A stretch of 62,052 nucleotides of DNA, filler included, from Nanobdellati archaeon (GTDB lineage Archaea; Nanobdellota; Nanobdellia; Woesearchaeales; JAADFO01): the NCBI GenBank assembly GCA_013152815.1. It is 6 parts of 6 records of this genome, joined end to end, with 100 filler letters (N's around TTAATTAATTAA, not from the genome) between each part and the next. Parts side by side here need not be neighbours in the genome. Positions count along the whole stretch, not along the records: positions 18,704 to 33,200 come from JAADFO010000012.1; positions 33,301 to 44,886 come from JAADFO010000013.1; 4 more parts are not named here. The stretch is one strand, 5' to 3'. The number at the start of each line of letters is the position of its first letter. Within the stretch, counting starts at the first letter, position 1. Position numbers and translations under genes: made by a program. Positions 28,164 through 38,077 of this stretch are shown one piece after another. The notes under the pieces are model-generated. The model saw only the letters and a program-made list of their open reading frames with translations. It was not told where the DNA came from and did no database searches.

Positions 28164-30095
28164 ATGACCCGTCATATCGTCCTCGGCAACCAGTCCTTCC
28201 TGGTCAACATAGACCGATGGCTTCAGGTCAGAGACATCTATTTCCCTCATGTCGGGCAGTACAACCATCTCATCGGCCATGCCCACAGGATAGGGGTGCT
28301 TGAGCATAATGAGCTGTCCTGGCTCGATGGACAGGAGTGGGAGCGGAACCTCTGCTACGAGAACGAGACATTGGTGACTGATAACAAGGCGGTGAACAAG
28401 GACCGGCAGCTCAGCATCCGTCTCAAGGAGAATGTCTATTGTGAAGATAACATCTTCTTCCGGAAGATGACCGTCCGCAACGATGCCGATCGCAAGAGGA
28501 AGCTGCGGATCTGTTTTCACCAGGATTTCCATCTCTACGGAGACGGCATCGGCGACACTGCCCTGTACCACATGGAGAAGCAGGCGGTCATCCATTACAA
28601 ACGTTCTGCCTATTTCCTCATCGGTCTGGCCGACAGCAAAGGCAGGCCGGTCCTCGATGGCTTTGACATCGGTGAGCATGTCACTCCAGGCTGGCATACC
28701 CCTGACAATCCCGTAGCCCAGGGCGAGGTCGATTCCCTGCTCTGCATCGATCTGGAGCTGGGCCCGAAAAAGGAGACGACCTTCACCTATTATCTTCTTG
28801 CAGGAACCTGTTTCGATGAGGTCTATGCTCTTCAGGACCGCTTCCTCAGGGAAGGCGTCGATGCCCATCTTAGGCACGCGGAACAATGCCAGCGTGGCTG
28901 GCTCGGCGCTGTCCAGCCGGACCTGAAAAAGGTCGACAAGCGGCTGCAGGAACTCTACAAGCGTTCTCTCCTCATCATCAAGACCCAGATAGACAAAGGG
29001 GGCGCCATAACCGCAGCAAATGATACGGACAACCTGCAGTACAACAAGGATACCTATTCCTATCTCTGGCCGAGGGACGGGGCGTTGGTCTCGATCGCGC
29101 TCATCCGGGCCGGTTATCCAGAGTATGCCAAGCGGTTCTTCCTCTTCTGCAGGGACGTGCTGGAGAAAGGCGGGTATCTCATGCACAAGTACAATCCTGA
29201 CAAGACCCTTGGAAGCTCCTGGCACCCCTGGGTGCTCCACGGCGAGCATTCCCTGCCCATCCAGGAGGATGAGACCGCTCTCGTGCTCAGGGCGCTGGAC
29301 ATCTACCATCGATACACCAAGGATGATGCGTTCATCAGGGAACACTATGACGATCTCATCAGGCCCATGGGAGATTTCCTGACCCGCTACCGTCATCCCA
29401 ATGGCCTGCCGAAGGAATCCTATGACCTATGGGAAGAACGCAGGGCCATCTTCACCTTCACCACCTCTGCTGTCCTTTCTGGCCTTGTCGCTGCTTCCCG
29501 TTTCGCCCATCTCCTCAGCGATAAGAAATTCTGCCAGAGCTGTGATACCGGTTTTGACCTTATCAAGAAGGCCATGGTCAAATATCTCTGGAACGACAAG
29601 GACGGATACTTCCGACGAGGCGTCTCCATCGAGGGCAAGAAGGTCGTCTTCGACAACGCCATGGACGCCTCGGTGTATGGTCTCTATGCGTTTGATGTCT
29701 TCCCTGCAGACGACCCGAAGATCGTATCCACCATGGAACGGATGAAGGAGTGGCTCTGGGTCAAGACGTCGGTGGGCGGGTTCGCGAGATACTACAATGA
29801 CCATTATCATAGGGTCTCCAACGACCTGAAGAACATCCCCGGCAACCCCTGGTTCATAACCACGTTGTGGTATGCCAAGTGGCTCATCAGGGTCTCCCGT
29901 ACCAAAGAGGATCTCAAGGAAGCGAAGAAACTCATCGACTGGGCTGCAGACCACTCGCTCTCCACCGGCGTGATGCCGGAACAGCTCGATCCCCATAGCG
30001 GGGAACCCCTGTCGGTCTCTCCGTTGACCTGGAGCCATGCAGAGTTCGTCGATACGATCAACGACTATATAGAGAAACGTGAAGAGATCGGTTGA
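28164..30095 (+). CDS. GH15 glucoamylase-like glycoside hydrolase
   Basis: YSYLWPRDG, GSSWHPW, IQEDET, SYDLWEER, GNPWFITTLW, PEQ, SPLTWSHA. Confidence 0.95.
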   Translation: MTRHIVLGNQSFLVNIDRWLQVRDIYFPHVGQYNHLIGHAHRIGVLEHNELSWLDGQEWERNLCYENETLVTDNKAVNKDRQLSIRLKENVYCEDNIFFRKMTVRNDADRKRKLRICFHQDFHLYGDGIGDTALYHMEKQAVIHYKRSAYFLIGLADSKGRPVLDGFDIGEHVTPGWHTPDNPVAQGEVDSLLCIDLELGPKKETTFTYYLLAGTCFDEVYALQDRFLREGVDAHLRHAEQCQRGWLGAVQPDLKKVDKRLQELYKRSLLIIKTQIDKGGAITAANDTDNLQYNKDTYSYLWPRDGALVSIALIRAGYPEYAKRFFLFCRDVLEKGGYLMHKYNPDKTLGSSWHPWVLHGEHSLPIQEDETALVLRALDIYHRYTKDDAFIREHYDDLIRPMGDFLTRYRHPNGLPKESYDLWEERRAIFTFTTSAVLSGLVAASRFAHLLSDKKFCQSCDTGFDLIKKAMVKYLWNDKDGYFRRGVSIEGKKVVFDNAMDASVYGLYAFDVFPADDPKIVSTMERMKEWLWVKTSVGGFARYYNDHYHRVSNDLKNIPGNPWFITTLWYAKWLIRVSRTKEDLKEAKKLIDWAADHSLSTGVMPEQLDPHSGEPLSVSPLTWSHAEFVDTINDYIEKREEIG

Positions 30096-30114
30096 GTCAG
30101 GATGCGTCCTCTGT

Positions 30115-30660
30115 TCATCGTGTATAGGTCCCCATGAGTTCTGCCTGGTCTATGATGCGGCCCTCCATCGCCTGCACGAGCTCCTCCTTTGAGGCGCCCT
30201 GCTGCAACGGGAGTTCCTGATCAAGGGCGTAGAGCCTGAAGAAGTATCTGTGCGTCCCTGACGGTGGGCACGGTCCTCCGTACCCCGTCCTTCCCCAGCT
30301 GTTCATGCCCGAGACGCCCAGGGTTTTGACATCTTCAGGGATGCTTGTCGTGACCGGGATGTTGAAGACGATCCAATGGTCCCATGTTCCCGCAGGGGCA
30401 TCAGGGTCGTCCATGATCAAGGCCATTGTTCTTGTGCCTTCAGGGATGTTATCTATCTTCAGTGGGGGGTTGATGTCCTCTCCCTCGCAGGAGTACTTGG
30501 CAGGGATCTTCTCATTGTTGGCAAAGACAGGGCTGGTGAGCTGCAAGGGCACCTCGATGATGATCTCTTCTGGCTTCTCGACCGGTTCTGACCCAACCTC
30601 CCCGGTCAGGGCACAGCCTGCCAGAGAGATACTGAGCAGAAAGACGAAAGTCCATTTCAT
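30115..30660 (-). CDS. YbhB/YbcL (PEBP) family protein, probable lipoprotein
   Basis: LAGC lipobox-like motif, DDPDAP, WDHW, YGGPCPPSGTHRY. Confidence 0.93.
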   Translation of the reverse strand: MKWTFVFLLSISLAGCALTGEVGSEPVEKPEEIIIEVPLQLTSPVFANNEKIPAKYSCEGEDINPPLKIDNIPEGTRTMALIMDDPDAPAGTWDHWIVFNIPVTTSIPEDVKTLGVSGMNSWGRTGYGGPCPPSGTHRYFFRLYALDQELPLQQGASKEELVQAMEGRIIDQAELMGTYTR

Positions 30661-30729
30661 ATCCCTTAGAATACCATAATCACATAAATATGTTCTGTCA
30701 TGTTGCATACGATTCCTTTATTCCAGAGT

Positions 30730-31350
30730 CTATCTTGATTTGACACCCAAAGATGCAAGTCTGCCTCCAGTCGAGTGTGCTATCGCTTGGATATCTGGCG
30801 GTACAAGTCCCCAGAAGACAAGTAATGGTGCGGCAAGGTATTTTAGCGTCTTCGTGTAGGCGTTCTTGAAGTTGTCTTTCAAGGATTGATACCCTTCTTT
30901 GACTGCTGTGCCCATGTTCTTGATGAAAGATATCGGCGAGTATTTGTGGAGGACATGTTTGAGTGGGAAGTACCTGGCAAAAGATAGAGGGATTCCGACA
31001 GCAAAGCCGACCAGTCCTTTGAGAAAGATGTTGCCCAGCATGTTGAAGTAATGGTGGGCAATCGAGAAATATGACGCCGAAATGGCAGCAAAGTAAGACT
31101 CAGCTTTCACCCCTTTCGCAGTCAACGGTTCTTTCTTCTTCTTTTGGATCGCTCTGTAGGCAATGAGATAGCTTGCCAATGTACCCAGAGCCATCACAGG
31201 ACCAGCAATCAACGTTGATAACAAGGTGAAACCTCCAAGAATCCCATAGTCTTTCCTATGAATCTGTTGCAGGATGTCCTTAAAGCCGACTTTAGATTCC
31301 AACTTCTGCTTTGGTTCTTCTTGCTCTACGAACTTATCATCTATACTCAT
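30730..31350 (-). CDS. Hypothetical membrane protein
   Basis: 206-aa ORF with several hydrophobic segments. Confidence 0.7.
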   Translation of the reverse strand: MSIDDKFVEQEEPKQKLESKVGFKDILQQIHRKDYGILGGFTLLSTLIAGPVMALGTLASYLIAYRAIQKKKKEPLTAKGVKAESYFAAISASYFSIAHHYFNMLGNIFLKGLVGFAVGIPLSFARYFPLKHVLHKYSPISFIKNMGTAVKEGYQSLKDNFKNAYTKTLKYLAAPLLVFWGLVPPDIQAIAHSTGGRLASLGVKSR

Positions 31351-31448
31351 CAGAAAGACAAAAACAGGTTAATAAAACTGTCCTACAATAAAAGTAAAGA
31401 ATCTGTTTTAATTCTTGAAAAACACGCGCGGGCTAAGGAATGAGCGTA

Positions 31449-31811
31449 TTAAATTCTTCCTGATTTGACCAGATAATAAATGATCCCGGCTAGAATTCCA
31501 ATGAATAATAATCTTATTTGATGTTTAACGATAAACGATTCAATTTTATAGAAAAAGGTACCTACGCTATTTGGCTCTTTTTCCAAGAGAGTTCCCCAGT
31601 TCTCCACAATGCTTTTTCGAAATTTAAATAATAAAGCTATTAATGCGACCATCGTCAATATGCCCAGAGTCCAGAGAGTATATATTCCTCCTGCACCCAC
31701 AAGACTAAGAAGATCATATATTCCTGAAAAAGCAACCATGAGGAGCAGTAAAAGGAGGAGATACATTAAGGTGGTTTTTACTATTTTCACACCTTCAGGA
31801 TTTGTTTTCAT
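31449..31811 (-). CDS. Hypothetical membrane protein (AT-rich)
   Basis: 120 aa with 3 TM-like segments. Confidence 0.7.
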   Translation of the reverse strand: MKTNPEGVKIVKTTLMYLLLLLLLMVAFSGIYDLLSLVGAGGIYTLWTLGILTMVALIALLFKFRKSIVENWGTLLEKEPNSVGTFFYKIESFIVKHQIRLLFIGILAGIIYYLVKSGRI

Positions 31812-31906
31812 AGTGTATTCCTTGCTTTTTTTTCATATTTTATAAGTTTTTCCGTTGTCTGTACTGTCGAATCACCGGTGCAACCTTCTTGCCGCAGCCT
31901 TCTGTC

Positions 31907-31960
31907 CATCATCCGATAGAAGGTCGGTCTGCTGATGTTTGCCTGCTTAGCAATGTCTGA
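31907..31960 (-). pseudogene. Helix-turn-helix remnant abutting repeat copy A
   Basis: SDIAKQANISRPTFYRMM fits an HTH pattern but has no credible intact gene around it. Confidence 0.4.
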
Positions 31961-32077
31961 TTCGTGCGAAGGTTTCATACCCTGACCTTTAGGTTGGGGA
32001 TGCACAGAAATGCTTGTGCATTTCTGGCACGCAAACCTTTGGTTTTAACGTAGCTCCGAGCGACGGAATTTCTGATT
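31956..32077 (+). repeat. Dispersed palindromic element, copy A
   Basis: Bounded by TCTGATT at both ends; shares GGTTTCATACCC, ACCTTTAGGT hairpin and TAGCTCCGAGCGACGGAATTTCTGATT with copy B. Confidence 0.85.
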
Positions 32078-32136
32078 TCTTCGTGTTTCCTGAAAAGAAC
32101 ACGGTGATGATGAGAAAACCGTCTTAAAAGCGAAGC

Positions 32137-32182
32137 TTTTATATACTTTAAAGTGAACACTTGTTCACATAAAGGTGAACAC
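32137..32182 (+). promoter_or_regulatory. TATA box and inverted-repeat operator of the MNT-HEPN operon
   Basis: TTTTATAT followed by GTGAACA-CT-TGTTCAC (32153-32168) and another GTGAACAC just before the ATG. Confidence 0.65.
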
Positions 32183-32788
32183 ATGTATATCAATAGATCA
32201 ACAGCAAAAGTATTGCAGATATTCGCAGGACACATTACTGAATCATTTACTTTAAGAGAAGTTGCAAGGAGACTAAAAATGCATGTCTCTCTCACCCATA
32301 GAGCGATACAACCATTGATAGAAAATCATATGATCCAACAAGATAAACATAAAAATCTCGTTCTGAACTATAAAACTCATCATGAGACTCTTGCTTTTGT
32401 TGAATATTTGAGAAGAGATGATTTGCTAAGTAAACGAAAATTCAAAGATATTAACCTATTTGCAGAAGAGATTGTCCATAAAATCAAGGAAGATAGTTTT
32501 GTTTTACTTGTATTTGGTTCAACAGTGGAATCGGATAAACCGAGAGATATTGACATATTATTAATTGTAGATAGCACGGATAAGGTGGAATTTCATGAAA
32601 AATTTCTTCATAATATTGCGTCAGATTATGATTTACCTTTTGAAGAAAGGGTTATTGGATTTGAAAGTGTTTACGAAATGCTTAGTAAACGTGAAGAAAA
32701 AAATGTAATGAATGAGCTATTGAACAAACACATAATTTTATATGGGGCAGAATTATTTTATAGATTGATTCAACGAGGGCGATCATAA
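32183..32788 (+). CDS. wHTH-fused minimal nucleotidyltransferase (MNT, antitoxin-like)
   Basis: N-terminal FTLREVARRLKM HTH; LVFGS...DIDIL pol-beta motif; AT-rich. Confidence 0.88.
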   Translation: MYINRSTAKVLQIFAGHITESFTLREVARRLKMHVSLTHRAIQPLIENHMIQQDKHKNLVLNYKTHHETLAFVEYLRRDDLLSKRKFKDINLFAEEIVHKIKEDSFVLLVFGSTVESDKPRDIDILLIVDSTDKVEFHEKFLHNIASDYDLPFEERVIGFESVYEMLSKREEKNVMNELLNKHIILYGAELFYRLIQRGRS

Positions 32789-32789
32789 A

Positions 32790-33200
32790 ATGTTACAGGA
32801 AAAAAAGCTAAAGGAAGCAGAGAGCAGAATTAAACAATTCATAAGCGAAGGTACCATTAAAACAAAGGAAAAACCAGAACATGTGGATTTTTATCTTAAG
32901 AATGCAGATGATTCCATTGATTCTGCAAAAGCATTATTTGAATTGTCAACCAACCCAGACAAACAACAATATCTTGGGTTTACAAGTTTCAATGGTTTGC
33001 TTTGGGTGGTAAATGCCAGTTATTATAGTATGTTTTATATGGCGCGGGCATTATTGGAAAATGAAGGTATTAAGATAAAAACAGATCTTTCTATTCACGC
33101 AGTAACTTTTGATTCAGTAATCTATTATTTTTACCTGACAGGGAGATTACAGAAAGAATTATTGGATGATTTTATTGAAGCAAAAGAAGATGCTGCTGAA
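32790..33200 (+). CDS. HEPN domain protein, truncated at contig end
   Basis: WVVNASYYSMFYMARALL...SIH HEPN (DUF103-like) pattern; directly follows the MNT gene. Confidence 0.85.
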
Positions 33201-33300
33201 NNNNNNNNNNNNNNNNNNNNNNNNNNNNNNNNNNNNNNNNNNNNTTAATTAATTAANNNNNNNNNNNNNNNNNNNNNNNNNNNNNNNNNNNNNNNNNNNN
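33201..33300. other. Artificial contig-joining linker
   Basis: N44-TTAATTAATTAA-N44. Confidence 0.99.
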
Positions 33301-33451
33301 CCCCAAAAAAAAGCCAGGTAGCTGAAGATAATATAGACCTCAAGCAAGAAAGATTCATAGAGATGCCCTTTTTATATATTTTGGTCATCATACCTCATCA
33401 CACAAAGGGAATATTTTTATACAGGGCAGATTCTGGGACATCTGAAGGATC

Positions 33452-34288
33452 ATGAAAGAACGCATCAGCCTTACCCTGGACAAGAATCTGGTGAAGAAGG
33501 TGGACGACCTGATCGACGGCACCACCATCAAGAACCGGTCCCATGCCATCGAGATATTGACCAACAAGGGCCTGGGGTCCCGGATTCCACAGAAGGCGGT
33601 CATCCTCTGCGGAGGGAAGGGCACGCGACTGAGACCTTTCACCCTGAAGACACCCAAATCGCTCATCAAGGTGCAGGAAAAGACGCTCATCGAACACCTT
33701 TTCGATCTCCTGAAGAAGCATGGCATCACCAATGCCATCCTTTCAGTAGGCTATCTCAAGGAGAAGCTGAAGGAGTTCTATAAGGATGGACGGGATTTCG
33801 GGATGAACATCGACTATGTGGAAGAGGATGAGCCGTTGGGCACGGCAGGCCCGCTCCTGCTGCTCAAGAAAGAGCTCACAGAGACCTTCATCGTGACCAA
33901 CGGTGATGAGCTCAAGGACATCAACATCGAGGAGATGTATGCCTTCCACCGACAGAGCAGGGCGTTGGCCACCATCGCCCTGACCACGGTCGATGATCCC
34001 AGCCAGTATGGTGTGGCGAGGCTCCAGGGAAGCAGGATCCTGGAGTTCGTAGAGAAACCAGAGAAGGACAAGGCGCCGTCGAAACTGATAAATTCAGGAT
34101 TCTACCTGCTGGAACCCGCGGTGCTCGACTATATTCCAGAAGGTTTCTCCATGCTGGAGAAGGACGTCTTCCCGCGGCTTGCGAAAGAGGGGAAGCTCTT
34201 CGGCTATCCGTTCTCAGGGCAGTGGTTCGACACCGGCACCATGGAACGCTATGAGCATGCGAAAAAGGAATGGAGAGGGCTGGAATGA
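33452..34288 (+). CDS. Sugar-phosphate nucleotidyltransferase with N-terminal ribbon-helix-helix-like domain
   Basis: ILCGGKGTRLRPFT..TPK, EPLGTAG, NGD, FVEKP, WFDTGT; N-terminal ERISLTLD..LVKKVD....NRSHAIE. Confidence 0.9.
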   Translation: MKERISLTLDKNLVKKVDDLIDGTTIKNRSHAIEILTNKGLGSRIPQKAVILCGGKGTRLRPFTLKTPKSLIKVQEKTLIEHLFDLLKKHGITNAILSVGYLKEKLKEFYKDGRDFGMNIDYVEEDEPLGTAGPLLLLKKELTETFIVTNGDELKDINIEEMYAFHRQSRALATIALTTVDDPSQYGVARLQGSRILEFVEKPEKDKAPSKLINSGFYLLEPAVLDYIPEGFSMLEKDVFPRLAKEGKLFGYPFSGQWFDTGTMERYEHAKKEWRGLE

Positions 34289-35733
34289 AGCCGGACATCA
34301 ATCCTGCGATCTTCCGGGAATATGATATCAGAGGGATAGTGGACAAAGACCTCACCGTCGAGACCGTGAAGGTACTCGCCCAGGGCATCATCCGGTTCTT
34401 GAGGGAGAAAGATACCGGCAGGGACATCCTCATCGGCAGGGACAACCGGCACAGTTCCCGTCCCTTCCGGGACATCGTGGTCCATGCTCTGGTTGGCTCA
34501 GGCTACCGGGTCGTGGATGTGGGCGAGGTTCCCACACCGGTGCTCTACTTCGCGTTGCGCCACTTCGCCATCCCGACAGGGATCATGATCACCGGTTCCC
34601 ATAACCCGCCCAGCTATAACGGGTTCAAGGTCGCCATCGACGACCATTGCATCTGGGGCACGGACATCAGGCACATCTATGATCTCATCAGAGAGGACAG
34701 AGGAGAGGAAAAGGAGGACAGGGAAGAAAGAGACAGAGAAAAGGAAGACAGGGAGAAGACAGGCAGAGAGAGAAAAGCGCAGGCAGAGGGAGAAGGGGGA
34801 AGCGTCCGTGAAGCCGACGCAGTCACGCCCTATGTCGAAGAGATCGCCGGCAGGCTGACCCTGCAAAGGAAGCTCAAGGTCGTCACCGATGCAGGAAATG
34901 GCATGGCAGGCGGCGTCGCACCGAAGCTTCTTCGGAAGATGGGCGTGGAGGTCATCGAGCTTTTCTCAGAGAGCGACGGTACATATCCCAACCACCATCC
35001 GGACCCGACCCAGCCAGGACAGTACAAGGTGCTCATGGAGACGGTCAGGAAAGAGCGGGCAGATGTCGGCCTCGCCTATGATGGGGATGCTGACCGTCTG
35101 GGCGCTGTCGACGAGAACGGCAGGATGATGTTCGGCGACGAGATGCTCATCCTCTTTTCCAGGGAGATCCTTGAGAAGCATCCGGGCGCGACCATCTGCA
35201 TGGAGGTGAAATGTTCGCAGGCACTGGTGGAGGACATCGAGGCCCATGGCGGCAGGCCCCACATGACACCGACCGGTCATTCCATCATCGAGGCAGAACT
35301 CGAGAAGACCAATGCCCTGCTTGCCGGCGAGATGTCGGGCCATATCTATTTCAACGATGAGTGGTATGGCTTTGATGACTCAATCTATGCAGGAGCGAGA
35401 CTGCTGCGCATCCTGTCGAACACCGACAGGAGGCTCTCGACCCTGCTTGACGATGCGCCGAAGTATTTCTCGACGCCGGAGATCCGGATCAAGGTGCCGG
35501 AAGAGAAGAAGTTCGAGATGGTGAAAGCCATCAAGGAAGCGTTCAAGAAGGATTTCAGGATCATCGATATCGACGGAGTGAGGTTCCTCACCGACGATGG
35601 CTGGGGCCTGGTGAGAGCTTCCAACACACAGCCGGCCCTGGTCGTCCGGGCAGAGGCCAAGACAGAGAAAGGCCTGGAACACATCAGATCATTGCTGGGA
35701 GGACAGCTCGCAAGGTTCGATGTCTCTTTCTGA
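34285..35733 (+). CDS. Phosphomannomutase/phosphoglucomutase
   Basis: FREYDIRG, TGSHNP, DGDADR, GEMSGH, RASNTQP; contains a charged low-complexity insertion. Confidence 0.95.
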   Translation: MKPDINPAIFREYDIRGIVDKDLTVETVKVLAQGIIRFLREKDTGRDILIGRDNRHSSRPFRDIVVHALVGSGYRVVDVGEVPTPVLYFALRHFAIPTGIMITGSHNPPSYNGFKVAIDDHCIWGTDIRHIYDLIREDRGEEKEDREERDREKEDREKTGRERKAQAEGEGGSVREADAVTPYVEEIAGRLTLQRKLKVVTDAGNGMAGGVAPKLLRKMGVEVIELFSESDGTYPNHHPDPTQPGQYKVLMETVRKERADVGLAYDGDADRLGAVDENGRMMFGDEMLILFSREILEKHPGATICMEVKCSQALVEDIEAHGGRPHMTPTGHSIIEAELEKTNALLAGEMSGHIYFNDEWYGFDDSIYAGARLLRILSNTDRRLSTLLDDAPKYFSTPEIRIKVPEEKKFEMVKAIKEAFKKDFRIIDIDGVRFLTDDGWGLVRASNTQPALVVRAEAKTEKGLEHIRSLLGGQLARFDVSF

Positions 35734-35783
35734 AAAGCGGTCCAGGAAAAAAGAAGCCTAAGAAAAGAAGAAGAAAAAAGGGA

Positions 35784-36830
35784 TCATCCGAGGACATGGA
35801 CGATCGTCAACTTGTTCTGGGTGTCTGCGGGCGCGTCAAACTGGTAGAGAAGGCCATTATCCATCGACACGCCGAGGGTCGTCGAGGAACGGGGCACCTT
35901 CCAGGATTGCCCGTTCGGGGCGATGACAGCCCCCACCTGGAGGAAGCCGTCCTGTTCATCATAGGAGATGCCGGCGAAGAGCTGGTCCAGAAGGAGCGGA
36001 GAGAACCGATGGGAACGCACATTGATCGCCTGTTGATACTGCTCCCCCGCGTAGGCGAAGACGATCGACCCGCCACCTTCTGTGGTGATGGCGTTGGAGA
36101 TGGTATCCACATGGATATAGGGAGAACTGTCCCCTGCTCCTTTGATATGCGAAGGGAATCCATCCACCACCAGGACAGCATCTCCTCGGGAATCATAGGC
36201 AGTCTCATAGACCTTGCTGCCCACATCCTGGATCCTGTAGACATCGTCCCTGTTCTGGGTCCCCTCGTATTTCAGCACCCTTCCCGGCCCGGCAGGGGTT
36301 CCATCATTGATGATGAACATATCCTTATCATGGACCCTGTCGGCAGCATTGATGACCAGATCACGTTTTGTTCCGCCAGGCAACACCTTACCGAGAAAGA
36401 CACCCTCAGACGGAAGATAGCCATAGACATCCTGCGAGATTATCTGGCCTGCCTTGTCTGTGAAGGTCAACCGGAGGGTATCTTTTCCAGAGGCCTGGAG
36501 GGTGATGACTTCATAGGCATCGGGTCCCTTGCAATCCACCAGACAAGAGATATCCCTGCACTGAAGACAGGCTGCTTGTCCAAAAAGCCGAGAATCTGAC
36601 GGACTTGTCTGACCCTGGGTCTGCCGGAATCCTTGACCTCCCGTGTTCTGCACGCCGACGTCGGTCTCTCCGTGGGAAAAGAAGGGAGCAAGAGGTTCGG
36701 CCGGATCGAAGCCCGATGTCCTTGAAATGAAAAGGCCGACCATGCCGATGATTGCCACGATGGCAACCAAAGAGACCATAAGAACGCTCAGACGGTCAGA
36801 AGAAAAGAACTCCTGTTTTTTTCTATCCAA
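35784..36830 (-). CDS. Hypothetical signal-anchored extracellular protein
   Basis: N-terminal TM (VSLVAIVAIIGMV) followed by a beta-rich domain. Confidence 0.75.
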   Translation of the reverse strand: MDRKKQEFFSSDRLSVLMVSLVAIVAIIGMVGLFISRTSGFDPAEPLAPFFSHGETDVGVQNTGGQGFRQTQGQTSPSDSRLFGQAACLQCRDISCLVDCKGPDAYEVITLQASGKDTLRLTFTDKAGQIISQDVYGYLPSEGVFLGKVLPGGTKRDLVINAADRVHDKDMFIINDGTPAGPGRVLKYEGTQNRDDVYRIQDVGSKVYETAYDSRGDAVLVVDGFPSHIKGAGDSSPYIHVDTISNAITTEGGGSIVFAYAGEQYQQAINVRSHRFSPLLLDQLFAGISYDEQDGFLQVGAVIAPNGQSWKVPRSSTTLGVSMDNGLLYQFDAPADTQNKLTIVHVLG

Positions 36831-36953
36831 GGAAGATCACCTCTTTCTTGCCTGTTTCCTGCCATGTGTCATAGCAGAGGCATAGAGAGATTCCGGGGAA
36901 GATAGTATAAATATCTTTTGTCGGTGACATCGGTGATTATCACCGCGTCAGGC

Positions 36954-37415
36954 CTATTGCTCTGATCGAAAGATCGTCTGAAGAGCCTCGCTGGAGAAAG
37001 GCCGGTGGACAAGGGACGTTCCCTGGAGAAAGAACAGGTCATCGATGCCATGGCTATCCATGACCAGACGCATCGCAGTACCTTTCTTCAGATGATAGCA
37101 GGGTCCAGGAAGCATCTCTTCAGTGCTTATCCTGTCTGATGAGCGGGGGATCTTCTTCAGGTGATAGAGGGCAACCTCAGTATCGGGAAGCGCGCTCACA
37201 TAGGTCTGCCGGAGAAAATCCATGACCATGAAAGCCTTCTCTTCGAAATCCAGCAGACCGGGATTGCCCATCAGCAGCTTTTGGTCAAGGCCTTTTTGCG
37301 AAGGGTCAGAAGGGACAGAGGATTCCTGCTCATAGGGGTTGAACTGCAGGTAATAGATCCAATGGCGGGAAAACCCTTCTTTCGGAGATTCGTAGGGGGT
37401 ATAGACAAAGCCCAT
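36954..37415 (-). CDS. Hypothetical protein
   Basis: About 153-aa ORF with TATA-like motif upstream. Confidence 0.6.
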   Translation of the reverse strand: MGFVYTPYESPKEGFSRHWIYYLQFNPYEQESSVPSDPSQKGLDQKLLMGNPGLLDFEEKAFMVMDFLRQTYVSALPDTEVALYHLKKIPRSSDRISTEEMLPGPCYHLKKGTAMRLVMDSHGIDDLFFLQGTSLVHRPFSSEALQTIFRSEQ

Positions 37416-37707
37416 GGCTATCACAAAGGGTGCAGAGGCACACAGAGTATATAAATCTTTCCATATTTACCACTGAGTGATGGTTAATCTCCCGAACGAT
37501 AGTTAACTTCCTGAAAGAAGTCCTCGTAAGGGAAAAGCGCCCTGAAAAGAGCGCATCTGCCACCAGGACACCCAGGACAGAGGACGTCGCCTGTTTTCCA
37601 TAACCTTTATAAACCAACCAGCCTCACCCGAACTCAGAGAGAAGAGGAGGCGAAGAGAAGGATAACGTTTTCTCAACAACCAGAACAGACGAAGGTGACT
37701 GGCAATC

Positions 37708-38064
37708 ATGAAGAAGATGAAGCCGCTATTGCCGACATTGAAGGAGAAGAAAAGATATTTGGCGTTCGAAGTGATATCAGACTCAAGCATAGAGAGTTAT
37801 TTTTCCGTCTTTTCAGCCATAAAGAACGGATTTTCCCGTTTTTCGGGAATGAAAGGCGTTTCACAGGCCGGATTGTTGCCGCTTGCTGACGACTGGGACC
37901 AGAAAAGGAGAAGAGGGGTCTTTCGGGTCTCTGCGAAATCAACTCAGGAAGCCAGGGCAGTCCTGGCCTTGATCAAGGAGATAGATGGAAAGCAGGCGCT
38001 CGTGAGGTCCCTGGGAACCAGCGGAATGCTCAAGAAAGTCAGGGAAAGATATCTGTCAAGCTAA
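37708..38064 (+). CDS. RNase P protein subunit Pop5/Rpp14
   Basis: LPTLKEKKRYLAFEV...GTSGMLKK; located at the head of the proteasome-exosome operon. Confidence 0.9.
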   Translation: MKKMKPLLPTLKEKKRYLAFEVISDSSIESYFSVFSAIKNGFSRFSGMKGVSQAGLLPLADDWDQKRRRGVFRVSAKSTQEARAVLALIKEIDGKQALVRSLGTSGMLKKVRERYLSS

Positions 38065-38077
38065 AAAAGGTGGAACC

